A stretch of 62,652 bases of DNA, counting the filler, from Hydrolagus affinis (lineage: Eukaryota), in NCBI GenBank assembly GCA_012026655.1. It is 3 parts of 3 records of this genome, joined end to end, with 100 filler letters (N's around TTAATTAATTAA, not from the genome) between each part and the next. Parts side by side here need not be neighbours in the genome. Positions count along the whole stretch, not along the records: positions 38,396 to 62,652 come from JAAILG010010606.1; 2 more parts are not named here. The stretch is one strand, 5' to 3'. Shown piece after piece: positions 50,452-62,652 of the stretch. The position numbers and the translations under genes are program-made. The notes under the pieces are model-generated. The model searched no databases, was not told the DNA's origin, and saw nothing but the letters and a program-made list of their open reading frames with translations. Position 1 is the stretch's first letter; every line of letters begins with the position of its first letter.

Positions 50452-53400
50452 TCAACTGAGTTGCAGAGTGAAGTATTTGCTAACCGGCTCCATCTCAGTA
50501 ATAACATCACATTGTAATAGGATTCCATTATCCTCCTCGTTTGGTGTAAAAGTTAATGTGCTCTTGAAACCTCCATCTGGAAGGGGTATCTTTTGAATTA
50601 CATCGTCCTTTTCATAAGGGTATACACCCTTAAACCAAGTGATGTAAGAGTTCTTGATGTCCTGCCCTTGAATAGTGCAGGCCACAGTAACAAGTTGACC
50701 AGCTTTTGGATTTTCTGTTTCGCACACGATTTCCGAGACAAATTCTGCTTCCTCATCTGGGGGAAAAAAGTAAATACAAGCCTTTCGTCAGTCATGTCTG
50801 TTGTTGAGGTCAATCTGGAGCTCGTTCTTGAATGCGAACAGATTACTCAAGCATTGTGCCGTGGAGACCTTGTTCCTTACCATTACCATTACCTGGTTAC
50901 CATTCCTCTCGTCCATCACGAGTGAGCATTTCCCCGGTGTTTTCCCCGGGTGAAGTGTCAATGGTATTATTCTCTTGTGGAAAAAATAATCCCTTAGGAA
51001 TCTCTCAGATAAATACACCTCTGATGCCCAATAGTGGAATGGATATTTGTAGAATATTAGAGATCAAAAAGCCAGAAAATCTTCTGGGTGAGAGAGGAAG
51101 CCATGCAAGTGAAAGGGTTTGTAACATCATTGTAACTGAACATCTTAATTGAACAAGAATGAAGCTACCACACATCTCCTGCTAGGACGACCTTTCTCTT
51201 TTGGGTTTTGGCTTACAGGGTCGAGTCTTTGCCTACACCTCCAAATCTCAACAATGAGCAATAAAACCTGTTCAGCCATGTTCAATGCCATGAATTAACT
51301 GCAGACCTACACTGCTTTCTCTGTGCATCTCCTCAGGATCACTTAACCCACAAGGAGACCCTTCTTACCATGAGGACTATTTAAAATGGGCATTTTGCCA
51401 ATTCAGAGTAAGCTAAATCTTGGGTAGATTGGAATTTCTGGAAAGATTAGATCAAATGGGTCAATAGGCCTTCCTCATTTGAACTAATTTGTGAAAATAA
51501 TAGATTCAAGTTGACCGAAAAATCTAAATACAGAAACTTAGTGAAACATAAGAATACATTACCTTCACTGCCTGATTCACCACCTGGTGCAGGTTCATCA
51601 TTCTCATCATCACCACCTTAAATAGGAAACAAGAATATTATACTGGTTACATCATCAGTGAGATCATGCAAATAGTTACAATAAGTTAAACAGTAGTAGT
51701 TTCCAGGCTTAAAATTATTTAAATCACCAATGTGAAGTGTGGAGTAGATTATGCATGATTTCATAACAAACAAACCAGGATTCACAAGATTTCAACTTGG
51801 AAAGCCTGAACCAACTCAAACCATTTTAGAATGGGCTCCCTCGAGTCAGCTAACTGGGTGTAGGATTACCAGAAGGCAATCCCTTTTAGATTTCTTATGA
51901 AATCCTATTAAGTAATGTGGCATAATTGACCCCAGCATTTCCAACAAACTTCTCTATGAGGACAGTAGAGTGGATAGTGGGGTGGCAGCAACTAGGGAGC
52001 AATGCATCTGGATGATAGAGGGGGAAATAAATATCAGGCAGAGATCTCACATCTGGGAATTCCTGCTAGCATAACATAAAAGAGTGTGGGAGAAAAGGTA
52101 AGAGAATAGTATTATGCAGATAGCATAGTCAGAGATCCCATGCAGGTACAATGGGCCACATGGGCACCTTCCATGCTGTAAATCGTTATGGTTCCATGAT
52201 TTTTGTGGGGTTAGCCAGGGTTAGTCACATCTAGATCTCACTTTTCTAAAAAGAGAATCTCTCCTTGGAGACACACATCCTGCTTAACCAATTCCAGAAG
52301 GAATATATTACGTCCAGATTGGCAAAAGCGAAGGCTTGTGGATCCCAGAGTGTGCTTAGGTTACTTCAATAGTTCTCAACCAGCTCTTGATAGCTTGCCA
52401 TCAAAAACACTATCTGACAAGCTTCCCAATACATGTCCAGCTAAAACCACCTTATGCATTAGGGCTTTGGCTTACAGGTTAAAAAGGAGATGAGTGGCAA
52501 GAATCCCTATCCCACATTGGGAGAACATGGATCAAAAGATAGAATTTAGCAGTATTAAAGTAACTGGAGGGTTTTGTAGTGAATTGGGATGGAATAGTTG
52601 ACATTTACCTTTGATACACAAAACAAAATCCTTCTCCTGAATCTCCTTAGTTTCCTCGTGAGTTATCTCACACCTGAAATCACATTCCAGATCGTCTAAA
52701 GTGGGCTGAAACTCTATCTTCGAAGTGGAAAAAAAGAGACCATTTTCAGCCACTTCTGGGAGGCTATTGACCACAGTTCCTGGGTAAGGCTTCCATTTCT
52801 TGAACCATTTCACAATGATACCGCTAGGTACGTAGTTGCTCAATGAAATGCTCAGTGATACCATTTGGTTAATTTGCGGTGACACAGGATCAGATTTAAT
52901 ATTGGAGAGTTGGGGAGAGAAAGCTGAGGAAACAGAAAAATGTGCACAACCATTAGTCAAGAAAGCAAGTATCATAGAATCATAGAATTTTTCAGTAGAA
53001 AAGGAGGCCATTCGGTCCATCGAGTCTGTGCCTGCTCTTTGAAAAGAGCTACTCACAATTCAATCGCACTCCCTGGCTCTCTCCCCATTACCCTGCAAAC
53101 ATGTCCTCCCCAAATAATCATCCACTTCTCTCTTAAAAGAAGAGTTATTGAACAACACAGTATTCCTTGTGCTATTTTATGGCTGTGAATATAAGTGTAC
53201 TCCAATTTGTTGAAGTGCCACAAATCTGTTGAAAATAGTTCCACGCATCTACAGTAAGGGATAGACATGTTCTATGTTGCAGAACCATACCTGGAAGGCT
53301 GAGACAGATGCTTTTCACGATTGGTTGGGTCAATCTGGCATGTTCCACATGGAATGAAAAATCCTTTTCGAAATCCCTGGCATTTGGCACAAGTTTCAGG

Positions 53401-56400
53401 ATGGAAGAACACCGAAAGCATCCACCTTCATCTGGTTCAGGACCCTGGTTACTGATCCCTTTGCTGATCTTAGTTTTCTGCTGAAACCAAGATGTTGTGA
53501 TCCCCTGAGTCGTGAAGTTGTTCACATTGCACGTGAGAACAAGTTCCTTTCCATACACAGGCTCGGACGGGTCAAGTATGATGTTGGAAACTGCTGGGAT
53601 ACCTGTTTAAAAATTGCACAGATGGTAGATTGTCGATAAACTTTAGATCTGCAATTTTATGTAGTCTTAGTCTTTGGGACAATTTTGCTTGAAAGTTAAG
53701 ATCACTCAGAATTGTGGAAATGTTTTTGATTTAGACTACTTGTCCTTTTAAAGACGCACTTTTTTAAAACAACAAGTTTCCAATTTAAGACTGAGTTTAA
53801 GACACTATACAATTCGGTGTGATGTTCAATTTCAAAACAACAACAACAAAATTATATTTATAGAGCGACTTTCACATCGGGAGGCTATGACCAGGAATTT
53901 CAAGACACCTTCTTTCTTTTTAAAAGATCTAACAGCAGAATAAAATGAGCATTCAGCGATCTTATTCAAGACTAATTAACCTTGGATTTAGTATAGCACC
54001 TTTTCACATTGTTGAAATAGCTCAAAGGCTTCATAGGATCTAATGTTAAGTAGTAAGTGTGTATTTATAAACTAATGTGGCAATCCATTTGTGCACAACA
54101 ATGTCCCACATTTTGCCCAAAAAGTGAACGATTAAATTTTATCTACCAGATTGTTGATCAGGACATTGGAAAAATTCCCTTACATTTTTCAATAATGCCA
54201 CAGTATCTTTAATGTCTATCCGACAGGTTTAACGTCTCACCTGAAGGACTTCTAGCAATGTACTACTTCCCCAAGCACTTCAGAGAAGAAACATCTTAAA
54301 ATATGAGCAAAGTCCCAAAATGGGACTTGAACCCACAACCCCTTTGATTGAGCTAGCAAGGATACTACCAACTGAGCTGACTGGAAAGATACACATTTAG
54401 AAAAATAGTCAGTAGAGCCATATTGCTATAAATTATGTTTCTGAATTCCTCAAAATATTTGGATCATTTTTGTTCAGAAACACACTCTGTAGAGTCACGC
54501 AACCAAATCAATGATAAGACTTGCACGAAACACTGCAAGCTGGTCCACCGATTAAATATTATTTGTTACAGTTAAAGTTCTACAATCATAAATTTACGTA
54601 TGTAACTAAAATAATATTTACCTTTTAAGATCAACGTCCGGCAGACTTTTCGTGGTATATTGGAGGTTTCCGCATGAAGAATTTCCATTGCGTATTCTGT
54701 GCCATGATCCAGTTCTTTTGGAATGAACGTCCACTTGGACTCGCGATAAAACAGGCCGGTGATCAGATCCTGTTTAGTATCTTCACTTTCGAATTTTGTT
54801 TCCATTTTCTGAAAAGCCCGAATCCAGGAAATTTCATTTCCCTCGGGATAAAAGTCATATGCCTTGCAGGACAGAGTAACGGATTTCCCTATCTCCGGGA
54901 ACGGTGGATCAATTTCAATCTCCATCAGTTTGGGAAAAGATACTTTATTTGGAACAAGAGAAAATTAATCAATTGCACATTGATCAACAAAATAACAACT
55001 GGATCACTTTACCGGACAGTAAATAACACACAAATCTTCAATAGTTTAAAAGTTACAAATTAATAATAAATAATAATCCTAGTGCCTTATCACATCATTG
55101 AGATGTCTCAAATCGCTTCACAATTTATGCTACAGTGTCTCTTAAGGTTTAAGATTAGTCTTGACTGCTCTGAAGACCAGTAACAAATACTGTATAGAGT
55201 TTTTTCCAGTAACTTTTCCACATTGCCTGTTTCCCTTCCAAGTCTCCAATCTTTCTCCCTCGGCTTCTATTTTATCAATATCATTAAAATAATTTGTTTC
55301 TCTTAACTTATCCTTCTTGGTGATGCTTACTGCTAAATATGCAATTCTGGATCCTCATGATATTGAAATCAAGACTCTTGACACCATCTCATCTCCCACA
55401 CTAATTCATTAATTCCCAGGTATAATTCCTTACCTTCCTTACTCTTTCTTTTTCTTCTGTCGTCTAAATATTACTCATCCCTATCTTCTCCAATCCAGTT
55501 TTTGAAATCCAAACTTTAGTGCCAACTAACAATAATAAATCCTTGGATTGGATACTTTGCCTTTCACATTGGGAGGATGCCTCAAAACACTTCAAAGGAT
55601 TTACTGATATAGGTAGCAACCGCCAGAGGTGTTGTACTTTGGGTGAGACACAGACGGACTGTTAAACAGACTGTCTATTCAGATGGATATTAAAGATCCC
55701 ATGGCACTATTCGTAAAGAGAAGTGAGTTTTTCCCATTTTCCTGACTAACGAGCTTAAGTTGGTCATTCACTTTTAGGTTTTTGTAGGGCATTCCTGTGC
55801 ACAAATTGGCTGCCTTCTTTTGCCTACAAATACAGTCGCTAAACCTCACAGTAAATCACATGAAGCTCCTTGAGGTATCCTGATAATGTGATAAGGCTCT
55901 ATAGCGGATGCAAGAATTAGTATCTTCTGAATTCATACCAAAACAAACATTCCTCCCTATGTGAAGTTCGACTGATTCATAATTGTATAAAAAATTGAAT
56001 GACAGATATATTACAAGTAGGCTTGGTGCTTTTCCCTCTTTATAATAATAATAATCCTTGCATTTGATAAAACGCTTATCACATTTTCTAGTCGTCTCAA
56101 AGCGCTTTGCAGAATATACTGCAAAGTGAATTGACTATATACAAGTGGGCAAAACACGACAGCCAATTGTGCACAGCAGTGTCCCACAAACAGTCGTGGA
56201 TTGAAATGACCAATTTATTACAGGGGGGTTTTCTGAAGGCATTATTTTAAGGCATTATTTTTCTTTCTCCATAGATGCTGCCTGTCCTGCTGAGTTTTCC
56301 CAGCTCTCTGTTTTAGTTTCAGATTTCCAGCATCTGCAGTATTTTGTTTTGTTTATAATTATATATATATGTAGGTAGCAAAACACTTTTTTTTTCATTT

Positions 56401-59400
56401 TATACCAGATTGATTCGTATATTTGTGATTTTTTGTGCATATGATAAATTCATAATGCAAAAAATAACATTTTATAGCAAATATTAAAATATTTGAATAC
56501 CTCACTCTGCCATTTAAAACGTTTCATAGAAGACACAAAATGATGATCAACATCAACCCTCAATGTACAAAATTGATACTCACCCAAACGGCTGAGGACC
56601 CAATGTGTCTCCACTGGCTCTATTAGGCTTTCGTGGTGCACCTTACATATGTACTTGCTGTCAACATCCTTTTTTGTGACTACAGTCTTCATGCTAGTTA
56701 CAAAATGGAACAACTTATCCTTTCCTATCGTAGGCTCACTATCTTGTGATTCTAATGGTATCTCCCCATTGTTCTTAAACCACTCAGCTTTGATTGTTTG
56801 AGGGTAAAATGAATTGACCTGGCAGCTTAATTTCAAAGGCTCTTCTGCCACAGGTGTTTTGGGGTCTATCTGAATCTCCTGCAGTTTGGGTGTGCCTGAA
56901 AGTAGAATAATATGAATGCAGCATTAAAACAGAAGGACATCATGGACATTTTGAAATTAAAACAAACAGGATACTTTTTTTTCGCTTGTTTATTTTAAGG
57001 CAAGTAATTGTTTTCTTTGATATTTTCGGTAATATCCCAATTACCACCCCACTCCCACCCATCCACACATGTCCACAGCACCCTCCAGTATAACTAAAGC
57101 AAGTGCAGGTTTGCAAGAATCATGGCTTGGGGTACACCAGATTCCTCGAGCCAGCTAAATCTCTGAGCATGACATTGGGAACAATGACAAGCTTCCTTGC
57201 TTGTGCAGCTCAGATCAGCCTGCACATTTGGCCTTTGGCTTGCAAGGTTAACAGAATCACTGCCTCCAGAACCTCTTAACTAGTGCAATAATAAAGTATT
57301 TCACTACTATAGTACAGAGCTGTTTCATTAATTTTTAACGGTCATGTATTTTTTAAAATAAACCTACCTTTAATAAACAGCCTAGCTGTTTTCTCTTCAA
57401 GTTTGGCAGTGGGTTCATGATGCACCTCACAGATATAATTCATTCCCGCATCGTCTTGAATATCTGGTATAACATTCAATACACTGATGACGGTATACGT
57501 CTTATCCTCATATTGCATTTCACTGATGTAGTGGTTGAACTTATTCATCTTCCTGCAGGCAACTTCGAGGCATCTACTTGTGTCTTTGTCGAGGTAAGCA
57601 ATTTCTTTCTTGTTGCCATTATTCTCATGTTGGTACCAAGTGATGCTCAATGGTCTTGGCTTAAATCCATTGATGGGACAGACCAAGGCCACCAACTCAT
57701 TGTGAATGATACGAGGTGGCAGCACAATGTCCGAAATCTTTGGTGGAACTTTGAGAAAGAAAAATAGCAGAACAGTGCATCAGAAAAAGGACAAGATCCT
57801 AGTTGCTGATGGGAATTTTCTCTGAATAAGTCACAATTAAAAGGTAGCAATGCCCTTCCTAAATAAATGCAAAACCTTTTGAGATGTCTTACTTTTATGT
57901 ACGCAAAGCATTATGTGTATAATATTAATAATACTTGTATTTTATATAGAATTACATCACCTCTCAGAGCGCTTCACAGAGTATGCTGTAAAGTGGATTA
58001 ACTATAATTGGTGGGCAAAATTTTCACTCAGCCAGGAGTGAAATAATAACAATAATAATCCTTACATTTGATATAGCAGTTTACATGTTAGTAGGACATC
58101 CCAAAGTGCAATGACTGTGTATTTTATGGGCAAATGCAACAGCCTATTACCAAAGTTTGGTGGGGTGGGGGGATTGTTGGCCAGGACATTGGGAGAAACT
58201 CTTTTCTCTTTGCAAATAATGCTGTGCACTCTTTGATATCTACCCGAACAGGCAGTCACAGCCTTGGATTTTAATGTCTCACACAAAGGTGAGCACCTCG
58301 AGCAATTCAGCACACCCAAGTACTTTATAGGAAAGTCATCTTAGATTATATGAGTTCCAAGTCTTGGCACGGGGCTTGAACCCATGACCTCCCGATGAGC
58401 GTGCCACCAACGGAGATAGGAATTCAACTCATGATTATGGTAACTTTTCCAGATTATCAGCAAGGCATGTCCATGTTAAGAAGTAAAATCTTGTGAAGGA
58501 TTTCAAACATTTCAACGACAAATGTAAAAATTATTATTTTATCATGCGGAATTGCATAAAAAGTGTTAATTCATTCAGTTACCTCCAACGACCTCCAGAA
58601 TTATCTTCTTCTCCACTGGAGTCCAAAAACATTGATGCTCCACTTGAAAGGTTAATTCCACCTTGTTATCACTGTACATGTCGGGAAACATTTTAACGCA
58701 ACAATTCACACTCGAATTCCCGTCTTTCAAACTAATAAGCAAGAAATTAGGAATGAAGGATTTATCACAACAGTCCTTTCCATTTGAGAGAAGATTCGCT
58801 TCCTCATCAGAATTTTGAGGCATAGTGTTGTTCCATTGATAAATTATCTTCTTATCCTGTTTGCTTCTTTTGACATATAAAGAGATGGAAATTTTAACTG
58901 GTCTAAAACTAGTAACTTGACAACTTATTAAGGCTTCTTCTTGGTGTCTAATAGTGACAGGTGTGCTGATTTCGGTGATTTTTGGAGAAACTGAGGAAAG
59001 AAAACACGAGTTAAAACCGGGTATTCTAATGTTTGCCTGTGTTTGCTCTGTGTGCACTGCCACCCAAGCACTGATTCCAGTAAGAACATAGAATAGGAGA
59101 TACAGTATCATACATGCACATAAGAACAACTTTTAGCCCCTCTGCCCCCATTCTCTGGGACTCTGTCTCACATTCTTCACTCCCTACCTGTCTACCTGTC
59201 TTCTCAACTGTGCTTTTACATAGATTTACGAAGGATCTCTGTCTGAACTAGTCCATGTTGGTGTTTACTCTGCACAAGTCTCCATGCACTCTGTACTCTT
59301 TCCCACAAACTTCTATTCACTTCTCCCCCAAATGAGAATCCAGCTTCCTCTTACGTTCAAGCACCTCAACATGTTAAACCAATTTCAGACAGCAACCCAA

Positions 59401-61921
59401 TGTGAAATTCGACATATTAAATGTAAGTGATATTCTTGTACTTATTCATTTCAAAATGCACTTAAGAGGAAACTCGATGCATACATGAGAAAAAAAAGGG
59501 AGGTAAAAATAGCAGATTAGATAAAAGATCACATTTAACAGATCCCTAACACAATGTAAACTGAAAGCCTATAACCAAGCAACACTTTACCTTTTTGAAA
59601 ATGCATTGTATAAATGAAAAATAGTCCAGCAAATGCCAACATGCTGAAGATCAACGTTCCAATTATAGCCCCGGCAATCGCTCCTCCTGATGTTCTCTCT
59701 GGTTCTGAAACATGATAAATAACAGGGTACAGTCTTCGAGGCAAAAGGCAACATCACAAGCAACATGGTGTCTGATGCATGTGGAATTTCACCACAGGTA
59801 TGGCTCTACAGTTCCAACAAATCTGCCGGAAAACCAAGCACAACTTTCAGGATTCGAGAGCCAATATTGTTTTCTTTGAAACTCAAATTGAGAATCACAA
59901 TCCAAAAGCTGAAATTAATATTTGACTGAGACCTTGCATATAAAAGTGCAAACTGATCTTGAAATCTTCCTCTACGAGTCACAAAAAACTCTAATTTTGT
60001 TTCTCTACTTATGAAATAGAATCATAAACATTTACACATCAGTTTACAAATTTACACATTAAACTTTTGAGTCTGACTAGCTCTCAGAGCAAATCATTTG
60101 TTTGATCCCACTGCCCCGTTGTTTCTCCACACCCTTTCAAGACATTTTTCTTTCACATACAGTACCCGTCTACTTTCTTCTGGAAAAGCACAATTAACTC
60201 TGCCTCTGATAGAACCATTCCATGGCCAAACAGCTCAGAGTGTGTGAAAATAATTCTTAGAATCTCCTTTCACTCTTCTTGTAGCTATCTGATATCTATT
60301 TACCTTTCACGGTGAGTTTGGCCTCTGTTATCAAGGGGCTACTAAGCGTTCTGTGCTTAACCTCACACTGGTAGATGGTCCCATCGGCATCCATTGTTGG
60401 TTCAATCTGTATCTGGCTGGACACATTGAACGTTCCATCTTTGTTAGGCACTGGAGCACCTGTGCAGATATCATTCACAACTGTCTCTGTCTTTCCTGAT
60501 GACACCTTGAGCCACTTGAGACTGTATTCCTGAGGATAAAATCTGGCAATGTCGCACCTCACAGAGCCCTCTGAATTGCTCACCACAGTAAAGTGTTTTG
60601 TAGACAAGCTGACTGTTGGTTTAACTGTAAAAAAAGAAGAACATTAACTGCAAAACCAGGATGGAGATGATAGAGGGACATTAAGTAACAACAACAAGCA
60701 AAATTACATTTATAGAGCGCCTTTCACTTTGGGAGGACGTGCCAAGGCACTGAACAGTCAGGTCAGGACCTGAGCAAGGGGGGGACGCAGGGGAGGGAGA
60801 GATTTGGGAGGGGAGGGAGAGAGTTGGGAGGAGGGTCTTGAGACTGGCCTTGAAGGAGGCGAGTGAGGAATCAGGCGAAGGGACTGTGGGGTGGAGTTCC
60901 AGAGTGTGGGGGCAGAGGGGCTGAAAGCCAGTCCACCAATGGTAGGGCAAGTTGTGCGGGGGACATGGATCAGACCAGAGCCTGCTGAATGGAGGGGGCA
61001 GGCAGGATCTTAGGGAGTCGAAGGGGCCAAGGCTGTGAATGGCCTTGAAAACGGATCTTGAATTCAATCCTCTGGGGGATGGGGAGCCAATGAAGCCGGG
61101 TGAGGCTGGGAGTGATGTAGTCACAGAGCTTGGTGCGGGAGACGACATGAGCTGCAGAGATCTGCATGATCCGCAGCTTGTGAAGGAAAGAGCCAGGAAG
61201 GCCAACGAGGAGGGCATTTCCTTAGTCGAGCCTTGATATGATGCATACATGGACGAGGGTTTCAGCAGCCTGAGGGGTGAGGCAGTGGCGGAGTCTGGCA
61301 ATGTAATGGGGATGGTGGAAGGCTGTTCTGGTCATGGCTCATTTGTGCGGTAAGATGGACAGTTCAGGGTCAAAACTAGACACCCAGATTCCTAACTGGC
61401 TTCAAGGGATCTGATAAAATGGTAGGGAAATAAAAGTTGCAGATCAGCCATGGTCTAATAAATGGTGAAGTTGTCTGGTCAGGCTGAACAATTTACTCCT
61501 GTTCCTATCTTCAAATGCTCTTTACATCTCAACACATATCCCAATGTACAGCTTGTTGAATCTCTTTTACCTGACACCAAAATTGATCCAGACATTTCTC
61601 CTTTATCTGGAGTAACAAATATAATACACGTGTACAGTCCCTCGTGTTCAAATTGTACTTTAGAAAGTTCAAGGGTTGCATCTCCTAGTTTTAAGAGTTC
61701 GTCTGACATCGTTGTTCCTGCTCTCTTTGGAAAATGTTTTTGTCCATTGTACACATAGATTTCTTCCGGCATTCCATCCTTTCGGGTGAACATCCACTGT
61801 ACGCCCACCTGTTCAAGGTTAAGTGTACCTGGTACATGGTTAGTTAGTTTGCACTTGAGGTTAACTGTTGCGTCTAATAGCACTTCCATTGGACCTTTAA
61901 ACATGGTTATGTCTAAGGTAC
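50452..61921 (-). CDS. NCR3LG1-like: B7-H6 (NCR3LG1)-like gene A: V-C1-TM plus 7 post-TM Ig domains and an acidic linker; leader exon not found in the window; about 1064 aa without leader
   Basis: Exons (phase 1, GT-AG): V 61921-61571, C1 60624-60304, TM 59704-59591 (GAIAGAIIGTLIFSMLAFAGLFFIYTMHFQK), Ig a 58990-58583, b 57748-57368, c 56895-56584, d 54942-54622, e 53602-53291, f 52923-52609, linker 51616-51563, terminal Ig g 50756-50452 (stop TGA). Continuous ORF when spliced. V: LKLGDATLEL...EGLYTCIIFVTPDK; C1: RFYPQEYSLKW...GAPVPNKDGTFNVSS...GTIYQCEVKHRTL. Confidence 0.82.
59591..59704 (-). CDS. Gene A transmembrane exon
   Basis: EPERTSGGAIAGAIIGTLIFSMLAFAGLFFIYTMHFQK with a phase-1 donor and no stop. 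Confidence 0.85.
60304..60624 (-). CDS. Gene A extracellular IgC1 exon
   Basis: VRCDIARFYP...W...DGTFNVSS...YQCEVKH; 321 nt. Confidence 0.9.
60690..61400 (-). mobile_element. L2 LINE 3' fragment in the gene A V-C1 intron; another at about 62290-62652 (+)
   Basis: HVVSRTKLCDYITPSLTRLHWLPIPQRIEFKI remnant plus the shared L2 tail. Confidence 0.75.
61571..61921 (-). CDS. Gene A IgV exon
   Basis: VNLKCKL...VGVQW...GDATLELSKVQFEHEGLYTCIIFVTP; 351 nt. Confidence 0.9.
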
Positions 61922-62652
61922 CTGCAGATGACAGAAAACAAAATTATACACTTTATACAGTGCCCTTCACTTAGAATAACATCTAAGCCCTTCAAGCTTC
62001 TAACTCTTACCACAAACAATATTAAGGCACTTATGAAGGGTGTTTGTTTCGGAATTCTTAGTGTTACATTGAAACATCCATCACTTTATGTTGGTCAACT
62101 AAAGTTGTTCTGAGTGATTTATTATTTAAAAACACACTTTCTTACATCAAGAGGAAATCACATTACTTGACAAGGGAATTGCAACAATTGATGTGATAAA
62201 TACACATTATCACCCCCGATAGTGTTATTCTTAACACATGTGCCATCAAATACAACTACTGTAGATTGTAAACAATGTGTAACCTAATGGTGGATTTTAA
62301 AAGCACAGACTATTGCTGAGCTAAATTCAAACAGACTTTGCTACAAGATTTCTCCTCCTTGCTACAATGCCGGTCTCCCCAGCTCCACCATTCACAAAAT
62401 CCAACTGATTCAAAACTCCGCAGCCACATTCTCCCCTTTGCCTGCCTCCGCACTCCCATGACCCCAGCACTGGCCAGACTCCACTCATGTCCTGTTACAG
62501 AATGGATCGATTTCAAGATCCCTACTCTTACCTCTAAATCTCTTCATACCCAGCACCCGCCTACCACTCTGACCTTCTGCATATCCCTTATCCCCTCTCC
62601 TCCACCTTCTGTGGCCATGCTTTCTGTCCATACTTCCTGAAAACCTGGAACT

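Noticed and set aside
50788-51018. 76-aa minus-strand ORF between the linker exon and terminal Ig exon of gene A
   Set aside because: No convincing phase-compatible acceptor/donor pair and no recognisable domain; treated as intron.
38924-58990. Post-TM C1 exons as Ig heavy-chain constant, TCR constant or MHC class I/II exons
   Set aside because: No associated J segments, switch-like context or MHC peptide-binding exons; they are colinear and in phase with the B7-H6-like V-C1-TM exons in both paralogs.

Overview
Vertebrate genomic DNA, most likely a cartilaginous fish (shark or chimaera; inferred from protein divergence and the L2/CR1/tRNA-SINE repeat content, not proven). The window is three contigs joined by identical 100-bp spacers (44 N + TTAATTAATTAA + 44 N) at 22062-22161 and 38296-38395, so linkage between the three parts is unverified. 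Contig 1 (1-22061) holds complete APOBEC2 (+) and OARD1 (-) genes, tail-to-tail as in human. Contig 2 (22162-38295) holds a receptor gene with the layout leader-SRCR-3xIg-TM-ITIM/ITSM, carrying two premature stops. It is followed by three co-oriented CTCF-like motifs and one intact TCR alpha/delta-type V segment with leader and a near-consensus 23-RSS; no J or C was found in the window. Contig 3 (38396-62652) holds two tandem B7-H6 (NCR3LG1)-like genes on the minus strand. The main finding is that their V-C1-TM core is followed in frame, after the transmembrane exon, by an array of C1-type Ig exons: seven in the distal copy and at least five in the truncated proximal copy. Several of these domains have lost the canonical disulfide cysteines, which fits an unusual cytoplasmic Ig-domain array of about 800 aa. 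All exon coordinates were derived by hand from splice sites and reading frame; no database searches were run.
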